The notes below the pieces were generated by a model. That model ran no database searches. It saw only the letters and a program-made list of their open reading frames with translations, and was not told the DNA's origin. A stretch of 64,000 bases of DNA. Source: a virus. A program made the translations under genes and the position numbers. The stretch covers positions 1 through 64,000 of the IMG/VR virus record IMGVR_UViG_3300028192_000001. One strand, written 5' to 3'. Numbering within the stretch: the stretch's first letter is position 1; each line of letters starts with the position of its first letter. This document shows, piece by piece, positions 1-9,605 of this stretch.

Positions 1-2
1 AA

Positions 3-887
3 GAAAAAATAAGATATTCAGAGATATTTCATTCCGTACAAGGTGAAGGACGTTTTGTAGGAGTACCTAGTGTATTCTTTAGAACATTTGGTTGTAATTT
101 TCATTGTCATGGCTTTGGACAAGGACGAGATAAAAGCAAATGGCTAAAACCAGAAGAGATGCCATATGCTACACAAGACTTATCACATATAAAACACGTT
201 AGAGATTTACCAGTTGTAGAAATTGGCTGTGATGCAAGTGCCAGTTGGGCGGCTAGATATAAGCATCTTGTAGACTGGGACAATACTGATACAATTGCAC
301 AAAAAATTCTATCATACACACCACAAGAAAAATGGACTTGTGATAATGGACAAGATATACATTTTATTATTACAGGTGGAGAACCAATGATGTGGCAAAG
401 ACAAATTGAAGCATTATTAAGAAATGAGAAATTTCGTGATTTAAAAAATATAACCTTTGAAACAAATTGTACACAACCATTTAAAGACAATTTTGATAAA
501 TTTTTACATGGTTTAGTAATGGGAGACTTTACTAAAGATCCAATTCATATAACTTGGTCAACATCACCAAAACTATCAATATCTGGAGAACATTGGGCAA
601 AAGCAATTATGCCCGACGTTGCAAGACAATATGCAGAAATACCAAACACACATTTATACTTTAAATTTGTGGTAATGGATGAACAAGATTTGGAAGAAGT
701 TGAAATGGCAAGAAAGGCATATAATGAGTATGGCGTAAATGGAGACATTTACTTAATGCCAGTTGGAGCAACAGTAGAAGGACAAGCAAAAACAGGTAGA
801 CAAGTAGCGGAAATTTGTTTAAAATATGGATATAAGTTTTCACCAAGATTACACGTAGACTTATTTGGAAATAAATGGGGAACTTAA
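3..887 (+). CDS. queE: 7-carboxy-7-deazaguanine synthase QueE (radical SAM), 5' end outside window
   Basis: Frame is open from position 3, upstream of the track start at 159: EIFHSVQGEGRFVGVPSVFFRTFGCNFHC...GCD, then ITGGEP, ETN, SPKL and C-terminal SPRLHVDLFG, all QueE hallmarks. Confidence 0.9.
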   Translation, partial: EKIRYSEIFHSVQGEGRFVGVPSVFFRTFGCNFHCHGFGQGRDKSKWLKPEEMPYATQDLSHIKHVRDLPVVEIGCDASASWAARYKHLVDWDNTDTIAQKILSYTPQEKWTCDNGQDIHFIITGGEPMMWQRQIEALLRNEKFRDLKNITFETNCTQPFKDNFDKFLHGLVMGDFTKDPIHITWSTSPKLSISGEHWAKAIMPDVARQYAEIPNTHLYFKFVVMDEQDLEEVEMARKAYNEYGVNGDIYLMPVGATVEGQAKTGRQVAEICLKYGYKFSPRLHVDLFGNKWGT

Positions 888-897
888 AAGGAGAACT

Positions 898-1050
898 ATG
901 ACAGAATGGATATTAGGATTAATTGCTTTTGGAGTATTTGTATACTTTGTACCTTATAAAAATTTACAAAATATACAAGATTTACAAAAACAAGGTCTAG
1001 CAAAATTAGATAACATAATAGATTTGTTAAAAAATAAAGAAGAAAAGTAA
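898..1050 (+). CDS. small membrane protein
   Basis: AGGAG RBS before ATG 898; hydrophobic WILGLIAFGVFVYFV; stop overlaps next ATG. Confidence 0.65.
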   Translation: MTEWILGLIAFGVFVYFVPYKNLQNIQDLQKQGLAKLDNIIDLLKNKEEK

Positions 1051-1409
1051 TGAAAATTAAAAAAACAGTAAAGAAAACAACAAAGGAAACACCTTTAAAG
1101 GACAAAATTCCTGCAAAAGAATCTTTAAAACCAAACAGTAAAAAAGGTTCAAAACCATGGGTTAAAGTTCTTAACATGGATGTTAATCCTGACAATCCAA
1201 GAAATGGATTTTTTGAACTAGATTGGAATAAAGAATTTGTTAATATGTTGCAACAAAATGGTTATAAAGGCGATACTGAAGAACAAATAGTTGATAAATG
1301 GTTTCAAACTCTTTGCAGAACAATCGGCAATGAACAAGGTCAAGAGATTACTGGTGCAGGTTACGTACAAATTAATAGACGTGACGACGGTAAAACGGAG
1401 GTATCATAA
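1050..1409 (+). CDS. hypothetical phage protein
   Basis: 119-aa ORF, TAATG coupling on both sides, basic N-terminus, GFFELDWN core. Confidence 0.75.
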   Translation: MKIKKTVKKTTKETPLKDKIPAKESLKPNSKKGSKPWVKVLNMDVNPDNPRNGFFELDWNKEFVNMLQQNGYKGDTEEQIVDKWFQTLCRTIGNEQGQEITGAGYVQINRRDDGKTEVS

Positions 1410-1543
1410 TGGGATATTTTTTACTTGGAATATTAGTAGGTTGGCTAGTTCCTCGTCCTAAATTTATAGGAAGAGCAGAAACGGCAATATGGAGACCTAT
1501 TAAATCAAAACTTCCAAAATCTGTTCAAAACTTTTTTGGATAA
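1409..1543 (+). CDS. small membrane peptide (44 aa, not in ORF track)
   Basis: MGYFLLGILVGWLVPRPKFIGRAETAIWRPIKSKLPKSVQNFFG*; GGAGG RBS; exactly fills the gap between neighbours. Confidence 0.65.
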   Translation: MGYFLLGILVGWLVPRPKFIGRAETAIWRPIKSKLPKSVQNFFG

Positions 1544-2530
1544 ATGACACATATATTAGTAGACACGGCAAATACTTTTTTCCGTGCTAGACACGTTATT
1601 AGAGGCGATACTAGTGAGAAAATAGGTATGGCTATCCATATAACAATGAACTCTATTAAAAAAGCATGGGCAGATTTTAATGGTTCACATATGGTATTCT
1701 GTTTAGAAGGCAGAAGTTGGCGTAAGGATCATTATGCTCCATACAAAAGAAATAGAAAAGAAGTTTTTGAAGCAATGACTGAAAAAGAAAAAGACGAAAA
1801 TAAAGTATTTTGGGAGTGCTATGATGACCTTACTAATTTTATTAAAACAAAAACAAATGCAACAGTATTACAAAACTCACGTGTCGAAGCAGATGACTTA
1901 ATTGCACGTTGGATAGACAAACACCCAAACGATAAACACGTTATTTTAAGTACAGATAAAGATTTAAACCAACTTGTAAACGAAAATGTTAAACAATATA
2001 ACGGTATTACAGAAACAACTATTACACACGAAGGATGGTTTGATAATAAAAACAATCCTGTAATAGATAAAAAAACTAAAGCACCAAAAGGTGCACCAGA
2101 TATTGAATGGATTATATTTGAAAAAAGTATGCGTGGAGATCCTTCAGATAATATTTTTAGTGCATATCCAGGTGTAAGAACAAAAGGCACAAAAAACAAA
2201 ATAGGATTAAGAGAAGCATTTGGAGATAGACAAACAAAAGGTTATACATGGAATAATTTAATGCTAACAAAATGGGTAGATCATGACGGAAAAGAACATA
2301 GAGTATTAGAAGATTTTGAACGTAATAAATTATTAGTTGATTTACACGCACAACCAGAAGCCATTGTAGAAGAACTAGATCAAACAATTACACAGGCTAA
2401 AGCAGAAAATAAAAGTATAGATCAAGTTGGAGTCAGATTTATGAGATTTTGTGCCAAATATGATTTACAAAAAATATCTGAACAGGCACAACTATATGTT
2501 GAACCATTTAATGCAAGATTAGTATTATGA
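1544..2530 (+). CDS. rnh: T4-like RNase H / 5'-3' flap exonuclease
   Basis: ILVD, SWRK..Y..YK.NR, EADDLIA, STDKDLNQL, GDPSDNI (FEN/5'-nuclease motifs). Confidence 0.88.
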   Translation: MTHILVDTANTFFRARHVIRGDTSEKIGMAIHITMNSIKKAWADFNGSHMVFCLEGRSWRKDHYAPYKRNRKEVFEAMTEKEKDENKVFWECYDDLTNFIKTKTNATVLQNSRVEADDLIARWIDKHPNDKHVILSTDKDLNQLVNENVKQYNGITETTITHEGWFDNKNNPVIDKKTKAPKGAPDIEWIIFEKSMRGDPSDNIFSAYPGVRTKGTKNKIGLREAFGDRQTKGYTWNNLMLTKWVDHDGKEHRVLEDFERNKLLVDLHAQPEAIVEELDQTITQAKAENKSIDQVGVRFMRFCAKYDLQKISEQAQLYVEPFNARLVL

Positions 2531-3051
2531 CAATAAAAGCAAAAACACTTGTTAAAGACAAATTTTGGATTGTTGAAGAACACGGCCAAAAATTAGGTAC
2601 CCTTCAAAAGAAAGATGATAATGGTTGGATATTTCTTAACAAAGCAGACAAGCGACAAGTATATGTAACAAAAGAAAGTTTATTTCAACAATTTGGAGTA
2701 GGAATATTCTCCCATGATATTGTTTTAGATAAAACTGAAGACGATGATGAAACAGATAAATTTTTAGTACATGGATTTCCTTGTCCACAAAAACCTTATA
2801 ACTCAATGTTTGATGTACAAAAACATTTACCCATTTATACTAAAACACCAAAATCAAAAAGTCTATTTTGTGCAGGTTATTATATTATTTGTTTTGAAAA
2901 AGGATGGCGTAAAGCATATTGTCCTAAAGTTATTACACTTCAAAGATATGAATATAAAGGACCAATAAAATCTAAAATAGAAATGCAACAGGTATTAAAC
3001 AATGCAGTCAAAGAATACACAAATAACCAAAATCCAAACACGTCCGATTGA
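2527..3051 (+). CDS. hypothetical phage protein
   Basis: 174-aa ORF, ATGA overlap with rnh. Confidence 0.75.
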   Translation: MTIKAKTLVKDKFWIVEEHGQKLGTLQKKDDNGWIFLNKADKRQVYVTKESLFQQFGVGIFSHDIVLDKTEDDDETDKFLVHGFPCPQKPYNSMFDVQKHLPIYTKTPKSKSLFCAGYYIICFEKGWRKAYCPKVITLQRYEYKGPIKSKIEMQQVLNNAVKEYTNNQNPNTSD

Positions 3052-3265
3052 GGATTTTATTGCACGAGTAAGAACTTCTCGCAATAAAGGTGATAAGGAA
3101 ATACGCATAACAGCCAAGGAAAGCCAACAACTTGCTGACTCTTTATCACAAGTCATGGTAAGATTAGTTACCATACAAGAAGAAATCATTAACGCACTCA
3201 AAACTGCCAAGGAGGCCTCAACAATTAACGTCGAAATGGACGGAGGCAAGTTCTCAGGAAAATAG
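3002..3265 (+). CDS. hypothetical phage protein (helical)
   Basis: 87-aa ORF ending MDGGKF, co-oriented with neighbours. Confidence 0.65.
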   Translation: MQSKNTQITKIQTRPIEDFIARVRTSRNKGDKEIRITAKESQQLADSLSQVMVRLVTIQEEIINALKTAKEASTINVEMDGGKFSGK

Positions 3266-3295
3266 TCTACAACTTTAAATAAATAAGTGTAGATT

Positions 3296-3583
3296 ATGAG
3301 TAGACCGAAACCGACAGTAATATTACAGAATTCCAACAAGGAAACGTATAAACTAGACGAAGTACTTGCGGCGGAAGGCATATGGGCAGTTTTTTATGAA
3401 GGCAAACCTATTAACTTAAAAACCTCAAGTTTGGTCGCAAACTATCCTGGTCCAAAGTACAAAAAAGTTTCATTCTCTAATCCAGGACACGCAGAAAATC
3501 TAGCAAAAAAATTAAATGTACAACATAAAACTGATAAATTCGAAGTGTATATTTTAAAAACAGGTGAAAAATTTGCTAGATAA
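3296..3583 (+). CDS. hypothetical phage protein
   Basis: 95-aa ORF, ATAAATA just upstream. Confidence 0.75.
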   Translation: MSRPKPTVILQNSNKETYKLDEVLAAEGIWAVFYEGKPINLKTSSLVANYPGPKYKKVSFSNPGHAENLAKKLNVQHKTDKFEVYILKTGEKFAR

Positions 3584-4348
3584 ATGTCTATAAACCCTCC
3601 TAAAAGTAAAGAGTTAACTCTCCCAGTCCAATGCTATGCTCGTGGTAAAGGTTCAACCATATACAAAATGAGATATTGGGATGGAGGATATGGCCTAGAT
3701 ACAAAAAAATTATTTGAACAGCATATACGATTATATCCCAAAAAAATGAAACCATGGCTAAAAACAGTAATCAAATATGAAAGTAATAGGTATGGTTTTA
3801 GATGCTCCGACCCACTAACTGATAAATTTAAAGGTCCAAAATATATGGCCGTTGGCTGTTCAAGAACCTACGGAGTTGGTATTCCTGCCAAACAATCATG
3901 GCCAGAACGACTTGGTGAAATGTTACCAGGAAAAATGTATAATATGGGTGTAGGAGGTGGTTCATTAGAAACTTGTTATAGACTTGTTAAATGGTGGATC
4001 TCTTTAATAAAACCTAATGCTGTATTCATGCTTGTTCCAGCAAATTGGAGAAGAGAACTTATAATGAATAATGGACGAAACATAGATCAAATAAGTGAAG
4101 GACACTTTCTTGCCAATACTCTTAAAAAAGTTGGCACAGGACTATCTGATAATTTACATCAAGAATGTATTACTGACGCCATACATTATAATTGCGAAAT
4201 GTTAGGTGCAAAATTATTTGTGTTAACACAAAATTGGGGAAATGATCAGGCCGATCTTGCTAGAGATTTAGTACACCCAGGTCCAATACAACATAAAATA
4301 TGGGCAGATAGATTTTACCACAAAACACCAAAATCACTAAAAACATAA
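3584..4348 (+). CDS. SGNH/GDSL-like hydrolase or acyltransferase domain protein
   Basis: AVGCSRTYG (block I), YNMGVGGGS (block II), DLVHPG (DxxH block V). Confidence 0.6.
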   Translation: MSINPPKSKELTLPVQCYARGKGSTIYKMRYWDGGYGLDTKKLFEQHIRLYPKKMKPWLKTVIKYESNRYGFRCSDPLTDKFKGPKYMAVGCSRTYGVGIPAKQSWPERLGEMLPGKMYNMGVGGGSLETCYRLVKWWISLIKPNAVFMLVPANWRRELIMNNGRNIDQISEGHFLANTLKKVGTGLSDNLHQECITDAIHYNCEMLGAKLFVLTQNWGNDQADLARDLVHPGPIQHKIWADRFYHKTPKSLKT

Positions 4349-4370
4349 AATTATTACAATAATTAAGTAT

Positions 4371-4763
4371 ATGGATGTAAAAACAGCATACACAAAAACG
4401 TTCCTGATGCTTAAAGATCAATCTTTACATGATGAAAGTATAAAAACTGCCTATTTTACATGGTGGCAAAATGTTAGAGAAAAATACCAATCCAGATCAT
4501 TAAGACTTACTAAAGTAGGTTTCGAATGGATAAAAGATTTAGATATTAAAGTTTACGAGATTAAATTTCCAGCAAAAATTATATTCACTCCACAAACCTT
4601 CCTTTGGTTAGACGAATTTGTAGATTGCCCATACTACATAGATAAGAAGCAGATTGTAGTAACTATGGAAAAAATGGCTCTACAATTGATGTTATTTGCT
4701 GGAGATGTCACAAAATACGGTTTAGCACGGGCAATGAGCAAGGCAGACGATCAAAAAGACTAG
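4371..4763 (+). CDS. hypothetical phage protein
   Basis: 130-aa ORF, co-oriented. Confidence 0.75.
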   Translation: MDVKTAYTKTFLMLKDQSLHDESIKTAYFTWWQNVREKYQSRSLRLTKVGFEWIKDLDIKVYEIKFPAKIIFTPQTFLWLDEFVDCPYYIDKKQIVVTMEKMALQLMLFAGDVTKYGLARAMSKADDQKD

Positions 4764-4785
4764 TAAAATAGCGACTTTTTAGTGG

Positions 4786-4813
4786 TTGACGTATTACCGT
4801 TTCATGTTATTAT
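4786..4813 (+). promoter_or_regulatory. sigma70-like promoter upstream of the AAA ATPase
   Basis: TTGACG-N16-TATTAT with extended -10 TG, in an 83-bp intergenic gap; AAGGAG RBS follows. Confidence 0.55.
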
Positions 4814-4846
4814 AGTATTATAGCAATTAACAAAAGGAGTGTGTAA

Positions 4847-5950
4847 ATGCCTAAATCAAAAAACAAAGAACAAGTAATTGGTTCACAAAATAGAACGGTT
4901 ACGCCAAACGAGGCAAAACTAGCATTGAGCCATTGTATTAAATTACAAAGACCAATAATGATGTGGGGAGCACCAGGTATTGGTAAATCCGACATAGTTA
5001 AACAAATAGCAGATAAACAAAAAAGAAAAGTTATAGATATTAGACTTCCATTATGGGAACCTACAGATATCAAAGGTATTCCTTATTACAACGCAAAAGA
5101 AAATAATATGGTATGGGCCGCACCGGCTGAATTACCAACAGATGAGAAATCAACTGATATTATTTTCTTAGATGAAATAAATTCGGCGGCACCGGCAGTA
5201 CAGGCGGCGGCGTATCAACTTATATTAAACAGAAGAGTTGGACAATATAAACTACCAGATGGCGTTTCAATTGTAGCGGCTGGTAATAGAGATTCAGATA
5301 AAGGTGTTACTTTTAGAATGCCGGCTCCATTAGCCAACAGATTTGTTCACATAGAATTAAGAGTAGACTACGATGACTGGATGGAATGGGCAACATTTAA
5401 TCACATTCATTCAGATGTTGTAGGTTATTGTACATTCGCAAAACAAGATTTATACGATTTTGATCCAAGAGGATCAAGTAGATCTTTCGCAACTCCAAGA
5501 TCATGGAGTTTCGTATCACAACTTCTATCCGATGACCTGCCTGAAAACACACTCACTGACCTCGTAGCAGGTGCGGTAGGAGAAGGCCTGGCTGTTAAGT
5601 TTATGAATCATCGTAAAGTTAGCGGCCAGTTACCTAATCCTTCCGATATATTGAGTGGTAAGGTTAAGGATTTAAAATGTAAAGAAATATCAGCGATGTA
5701 TTCACTTACAGTTTCTTTATGTTATGAACTACAACAAGCACATCAAAAAAAGTCTAGAAACTGGAACGAACAAGCAGATAGATTCTTCCACTACATGATG
5801 GATAACTTTGAAACAGAGTTAGTTGTTATGGGTGCCAAGATTGCATTGACAAATTATAAACTTCCGTTCGATCCTAGCAAGTTGAAATCATTTGATAGGT
5901 TCCATAAGAAGTTTGGCAAGTATGTCATAACTGCTATGGAGTCTAAATGA
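4847..5950 (+). CDS. MoxR-like AAA+ ATPase
   Basis: Walker A GAPGIGKS, Walker B IIFLDE, AAGNR, arginine finger LANRF, TPRSW. Confidence 0.88.
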   Translation: MPKSKNKEQVIGSQNRTVTPNEAKLALSHCIKLQRPIMMWGAPGIGKSDIVKQIADKQKRKVIDIRLPLWEPTDIKGIPYYNAKENNMVWAAPAELPTDEKSTDIIFLDEINSAAPAVQAAAYQLILNRRVGQYKLPDGVSIVAAGNRDSDKGVTFRMPAPLANRFVHIELRVDYDDWMEWATFNHIHSDVVGYCTFAKQDLYDFDPRGSSRSFATPRSWSFVSQLLSDDLPENTLTDLVAGAVGEGLAVKFMNHRKVSGQLPNPSDILSGKVKDLKCKEISAMYSLTVSLCYELQQAHQKKSRNWNEQADRFFHYMMDNFETELVVMGAKIALTNYKLPFDPSKLKSFDRFHKKFGKYVITAMESK

Positions 5951-7203
5951 TAGGTACAACTGATCAACAAATTATAGATAAACTAGTTACCGCAAGGATT
6001 GCCTTACTATTAAAACATCCGTTTTTTGGCAACCTTGCTACAAGACTTAAACTTATTAATGCAAACGATTGGTGTCCTACTGCTGGTACAGATGGTAGAA
6101 ATTTTTATTATAATACTAAATTTATTAATTCATTAACACCTAGAGAAACAGAATTCTTATTTGGTCATGAGGTTCTACATAATGTATTTGAACATATGTT
6201 AGTTAGAATTGATAGTAGACAACCACAACTTTGGAATATTGCGGCGGATTATGCAGTTAACCAAATTCTTGTAGAACAAAAAATTGGTGATATGCCAACA
6301 GGTAAAAAAGGTGAGAACAAAGGTTTCCAAGACGACAAGTATAAAGATTGGCCTGCAGAAAGAATATATGCCGAATTATTTAAAACTGCAAAGAAGAACG
6401 GCAAGAAATTTTTAGAAAAATTAGGCAAACTAATCGACGAACACATTGATTGGGGCAAAGGTGCACCAGGAAATGGAAAACAAAAAAGTAAAGATAAAAA
6501 TAATAAAGATAAAAATAACGGTTCAGGCAGACCGGTATACACTAAAGAAGAATTAAAGAAAATTAGAGATGAAATCAAAGAAGCAATGATAAGTGCCGCA
6601 CAATCAACTGGTGCAGGTAACTTACCTGGAGCAATTCAAAGAATGGTTAAGGAATTAACAGAACCAAAAATGAATTGGAGAGAAATTATTCAACAACAAA
6701 TCATGAGTACAATGAAATCAGATTATACATTTATGAGACCAAATAGAAAAGCATGGCATACAACGGCTATCCTACCTGGTCAAAACAATGATGAAATGAT
6801 TGACATTTGCTTGGCCTTAGATGCATCAGGATCTATCTCAGACGAACAATGCAAAGAATTTTTAACAGAAGTTAAAAACATAATGGATCAATACAAAGAC
6901 TTTAGAATACATCTTTGGTCATTTGATACTAAAGTATTCAATCCAAAAGTGTTTACACCAGACAACTCCGACGAATTACTTGAATATGATTTAGGTGCAG
7001 GTGGTGGTACAGAATTTGAATGTAATTGGGATTACATGAAAGACGAAGGTATCGAACCAAAGAAATTTATAATGTTCACTGATGGATGGCCGTTTAATTC
7101 ATGGGGAGATGAACATTATTGCGATACAATATTTCTTATTAACAATACATACGAAAGAAATATTGAAGCACCATTTGGGATGACGGTGCAATATGAGGAT
7201 TAA
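5947..7203 (+). CDS. HEXXH metallopeptidase-like plus vWA domain protein (DUF2201-like)
   Basis: TAGTDG, HEVLH, WNIAADYAVN; MIDAS motif DASGS...GGGT...FTDG. Confidence 0.85.
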   Translation: MIGTTDQQIIDKLVTARIALLLKHPFFGNLATRLKLINANDWCPTAGTDGRNFYYNTKFINSLTPRETEFLFGHEVLHNVFEHMLVRIDSRQPQLWNIAADYAVNQILVEQKIGDMPTGKKGENKGFQDDKYKDWPAERIYAELFKTAKKNGKKFLEKLGKLIDEHIDWGKGAPGNGKQKSKDKNNKDKNNGSGRPVYTKEELKKIRDEIKEAMISAAQSTGAGNLPGAIQRMVKELTEPKMNWREIIQQQIMSTMKSDYTFMRPNRKAWHTTAILPGQNNDEMIDICLALDASGSISDEQCKEFLTEVKNIMDQYKDFRIHLWSFDTKVFNPKVFTPDNSDELLEYDLGAGGGTEFECNWDYMKDEGIEPKKFIMFTDGWPFNSWGDEHYCDTIFLINNTYERNIEAPFGMTVQYED

Positions 7204-7456
7204 TACAAATAATTTTTATAAAAGAAAGCAAGAATTTTGCCATCCTCATTTTACAAGTACTCTTGTTAAATTAAAAAACGACAACGAAATTGAAAAAATA
7301 AACAATTGGATATACGAACATTGTCATGGTAGATATGCAATTGTTAATGATGTTGACATCAACGGTCCACATCCAACATCAGTAGTTAAAGTAGGATTTG
7401 AAGAACCTAGTGATTTAACCCTATTTGCTTTAAGTGGATTAATGATTACTGAATGA
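7193..7456 (+). CDS. hypothetical phage protein
   Basis: 87-aa ORF overlapping neighbours. Confidence 0.7.
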   Translation: MRINTNNFYKRKQEFCHPHFTSTLVKLKNDNEIEKINNWIYEHCHGRYAIVNDVDINGPHPTSVVKVGFEEPSDLTLFALSGLMITE

Positions 7457-7719
7457 TGCAAAAAAAAATAAAATTAGACCCAGCATACGTCAAACATTCT
7501 AAAGCATCAGAAGGTGATGATAGAGTTTGGTTTTACGAAGAACTTGAAGGTGAAATATTAGAATTTGCTAGATATTGCATTAGAAAATCTAATGTATTAA
7601 AAGGCGATCCTCTTACTCGAGCACATTTAAAAAGAATTGGACAATCAATTCATAATATGAAAGTATGTTCATCATTGTCGATGGGAACCTACGAAAACTT
7701 ATACGAATATGACAAGTAG
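7453..7719 (+). CDS. hypothetical protein
   Basis: 88-aa ORF, ATGA coupling. Confidence 0.65.
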   Translation: MMQKKIKLDPAYVKHSKASEGDDRVWFYEELEGEILEFARYCIRKSNVLKGDPLTRAHLKRIGQSIHNMKVCSSLSMGTYENLYEYDK

Positions 7720-8074
7720 AATTGAAGAATATAAAGTCCATAAAAATAGAGAATATTATCGTAGACGCACGAATAACGAATTAAAAGAACTTGCAGTAGG
7801 TTGTTATCGTGGAGATATTTTCACAAGTTTTCAAATACACGAACCAAATATGCTTGGTACGGTGTTTATGCCTTTAGCATTAATGAACCCAGCACAAAGA
7901 AAAGACACATATGCAAGTAAACCTCATATGTATTATGCACCAATGAAAGATCAATTTCCTACAGGAATAAATGGTTATCCTTGTTTTGGATCTGTAGCAT
8001 ATCTTAATAGAAACGATAGCAAACGATTCATGACATATTATAGAAAAATAGAGAATTCAGTAGAAAAACTTTAA
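7709..8074 (+). CDS. hypothetical protein
   Basis: 121-aa ORF, coupled to neighbours. Confidence 0.7.
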   Translation: MTSRIEEYKVHKNREYYRRRTNNELKELAVGCYRGDIFTSFQIHEPNMLGTVFMPLALMNPAQRKDTYASKPHMYYAPMKDQFPTGINGYPCFGSVAYLNRNDSKRFMTYYRKIENSVEKL

Positions 8075-8304
8075 TGCAACTTACAACTAAACAATTTTTT
8101 AATGTTAAAACAGATTATTATGTAATTGATATTAATGAATTACTTGACAATAAAGTTCTAGAAATGATTGAAGAAATTCTACGAGAACAAGCCAAAGGTT
8201 GGTTCTATTCCTCTTGTGCCTTTTATGCTTTTGAAAAACCTATAGATAGAGATTTGGTAAAAGGTGCCCTATCTTGGGATTTTATTAAAAAACATAAGTT
8301 CTAA
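8074..8304 (+). CDS. hypothetical protein
   Basis: 76-aa ORF, TAATG coupling. Confidence 0.65.
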   Translation: MQLTTKQFFNVKTDYYVIDINELLDNKVLEMIEEILREQAKGWFYSSCAFYAFEKPIDRDLVKGALSWDFIKKHKF

Positions 8305-8342
8305 TTACCAAAAATAAAAGCCAATTTTTTTTCATTATTCGT

Positions 8343-8372
8343 TTGACAAATATAACTAATATTTGTTACAAT
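8343..8372 (+). promoter_or_regulatory. sigma70-like promoter with internal 8-bp inverted repeat
   Basis: TTGACA-N18-TACAAT with extended -10 TG; ACAAATAT-N5-ATATTTGT at 8346-8366; AGGAG RBS before ATG 8405. Confidence 0.65.
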
Positions 8373-8404
8373 AAGATACTATTTGCAAATAGGAGAAATA
8401 AAAA

Positions 8405-8740
8405 ATGGTAACAAAAACGAAAAGAAAATTGAAAGAAACAAACTCCGCAGGACCTAAGATTGCTCCTGCAGGTACGACTCCAGCAGGTACGACACCAGAT
8501 GCTAATCAACCTCAAAGTGATTTAAGCATTGGAGATTTAAGAAATCTTTCAACTGTAATAGATGTTGCTTCTACTAGAGGTGCATTTAGAGCCAATGAAA
8601 TGGCAATGGTTGGAGCAGTATATAATAAACTCCAAGCATTTTTGGCACGTGTAACTCCTGCTGACGATAAAAAAGACAATGCCGAAAAAACTACTATACC
8701 GACGGGAGCACCGATAGGAGCACCCGCAACAAAGAAATAG
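8405..8740 (+). CDS. hypothetical phage protein
   Basis: Strong RBS; helical core LSIGDL...IDVASTRGAFRANEM with Pro/Ala/Thr-rich flanks. Confidence 0.75.
   Translation: MVTKTKRKLKETNSAGPKIAPAGTTPAGTTPDANQPQSDLSIGDLRNLSTVIDVASTRGAFRANEMAMVGAVYNKLQAFLARVTPADDKKDNAEKTTIPTGAPIGAPATKK
8465..8497 (+). repeat. 15-bp imperfect tandem repeat (PAGTT x2)
   Basis: cctgcaggtacgact ccagcaggtacgaca cca. Confidence 0.7.
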
Positions 8741-8749
8741 GAGATAATC

Positions 8750-9289
8750 ATGTTAGGACTATATGATAAAATGGTGATGGACGCAAAGTCGGCAACAGAA
8801 GATTCAGCGGCAAGAAGAAAAATGATGAAACATATGGGTGAATATAAGGAATCTAAAACACCAATAGTTGTTCTATTTAGAACAGTACCTGGTGAACCTA
8901 ATAATTGCTTAATAATGGCACCTAAATTTTTACCCGATATCTACTTGTCTTCTCTAATGAGAGCAGTTGAATCGGCCGAGGGACAAGCATCTGACGAATT
9001 TGGTTCGTATCTTGATAGACAATACTTCCCCGATGGTGTTAATATGTTAGCGATGCTACATAAAGACAACTACATCAAAAAACAACCTACAGAAAATATT
9101 ATAGTAACATATGGGTTGACTACCGAAGGAAGAGTTCCACTTGACCAACTTAATAAACTAATCGCTAAAGAAAAAGGTGTCAAACTTTCTGAACTTGCTG
9201 TAAAAGATACTGTAACAGAAACAGTAAAAAAAGAAACAGTAAAAAAAGAAACAAAATCTGATGCCAAAAAAAGTTCCAAAAAAACCTAA
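8750..9289 (+). CDS. hypothetical phage protein
   Basis: GGAGA RBS, 179 aa, Lys-rich tail. Confidence 0.75.
   Translation: MLGLYDKMVMDAKSATEDSAARRKMMKHMGEYKESKTPIVVLFRTVPGEPNNCLIMAPKFLPDIYLSSLMRAVESAEGQASDEFGSYLDRQYFPDGVNMLAMLHKDNYIKKQPTENIIVTYGLTTEGRVPLDQLNKLIAKEKGVKLSELAVKDTVTETVKKETVKKETKSDAKKSSKKT
9218..9253 (+). repeat. 15-bp perfect tandem repeat (ETVKK x2.4)
   Basis: gaaacagtaaaaaaa twice plus gaaaca. Confidence 0.8.
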
Positions 9290-9605
9290 ATACACCTGGG
9301 TCACTCTTACTAAAGATTTTATTCAAGAGTGGCCAGAGGTATTAGACGGAATTAATTTTAACAACCTACCAATATTCTATGTTAAATGGATTAATATCCG
9401 TTTAAAAAATAATGTTACATTACATTATGACATTGAAAAAGAATTAAAAATGAAACCTCGAAGTAGAATAGCCAAAATGGTTACTGGAACATTACATAGC
9501 CATTATGCTAATATTAAAAACGTTAATATTAAATTTAATATACCAAAATTAAAAAAAGATATTGAAGAAAGAACTTCAAACTTTTTAAAAAAATCTTTTA
9601 TTTAA
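9261..9605 (+). CDS. hypothetical basic protein
   Basis: 114-aa ORF; last gene of the + block, convergent overlap with the 9598 gene. Confidence 0.7.
   Translation: MPKKVPKKPKYTWVTLTKDFIQEWPEVLDGINFNNLPIFYVKWINIRLKNNVTLHYDIEKELKMKPRSRIAKMVTGTLHSHYANIKNVNIKFNIPKLKKDIEERTSNFLKKSFI

Noticed and set aside
4754-4782. Possible intrinsic terminators near 4754-4782 and 8305-8335
   Set aside because: T-runs present but no convincing GC-rich stem
6490-6519. 15-bp duplication encoding KDKNN twice in the vWA protein linker
   Set aside because: Ordinary low-complexity linker slippage with no sign of function
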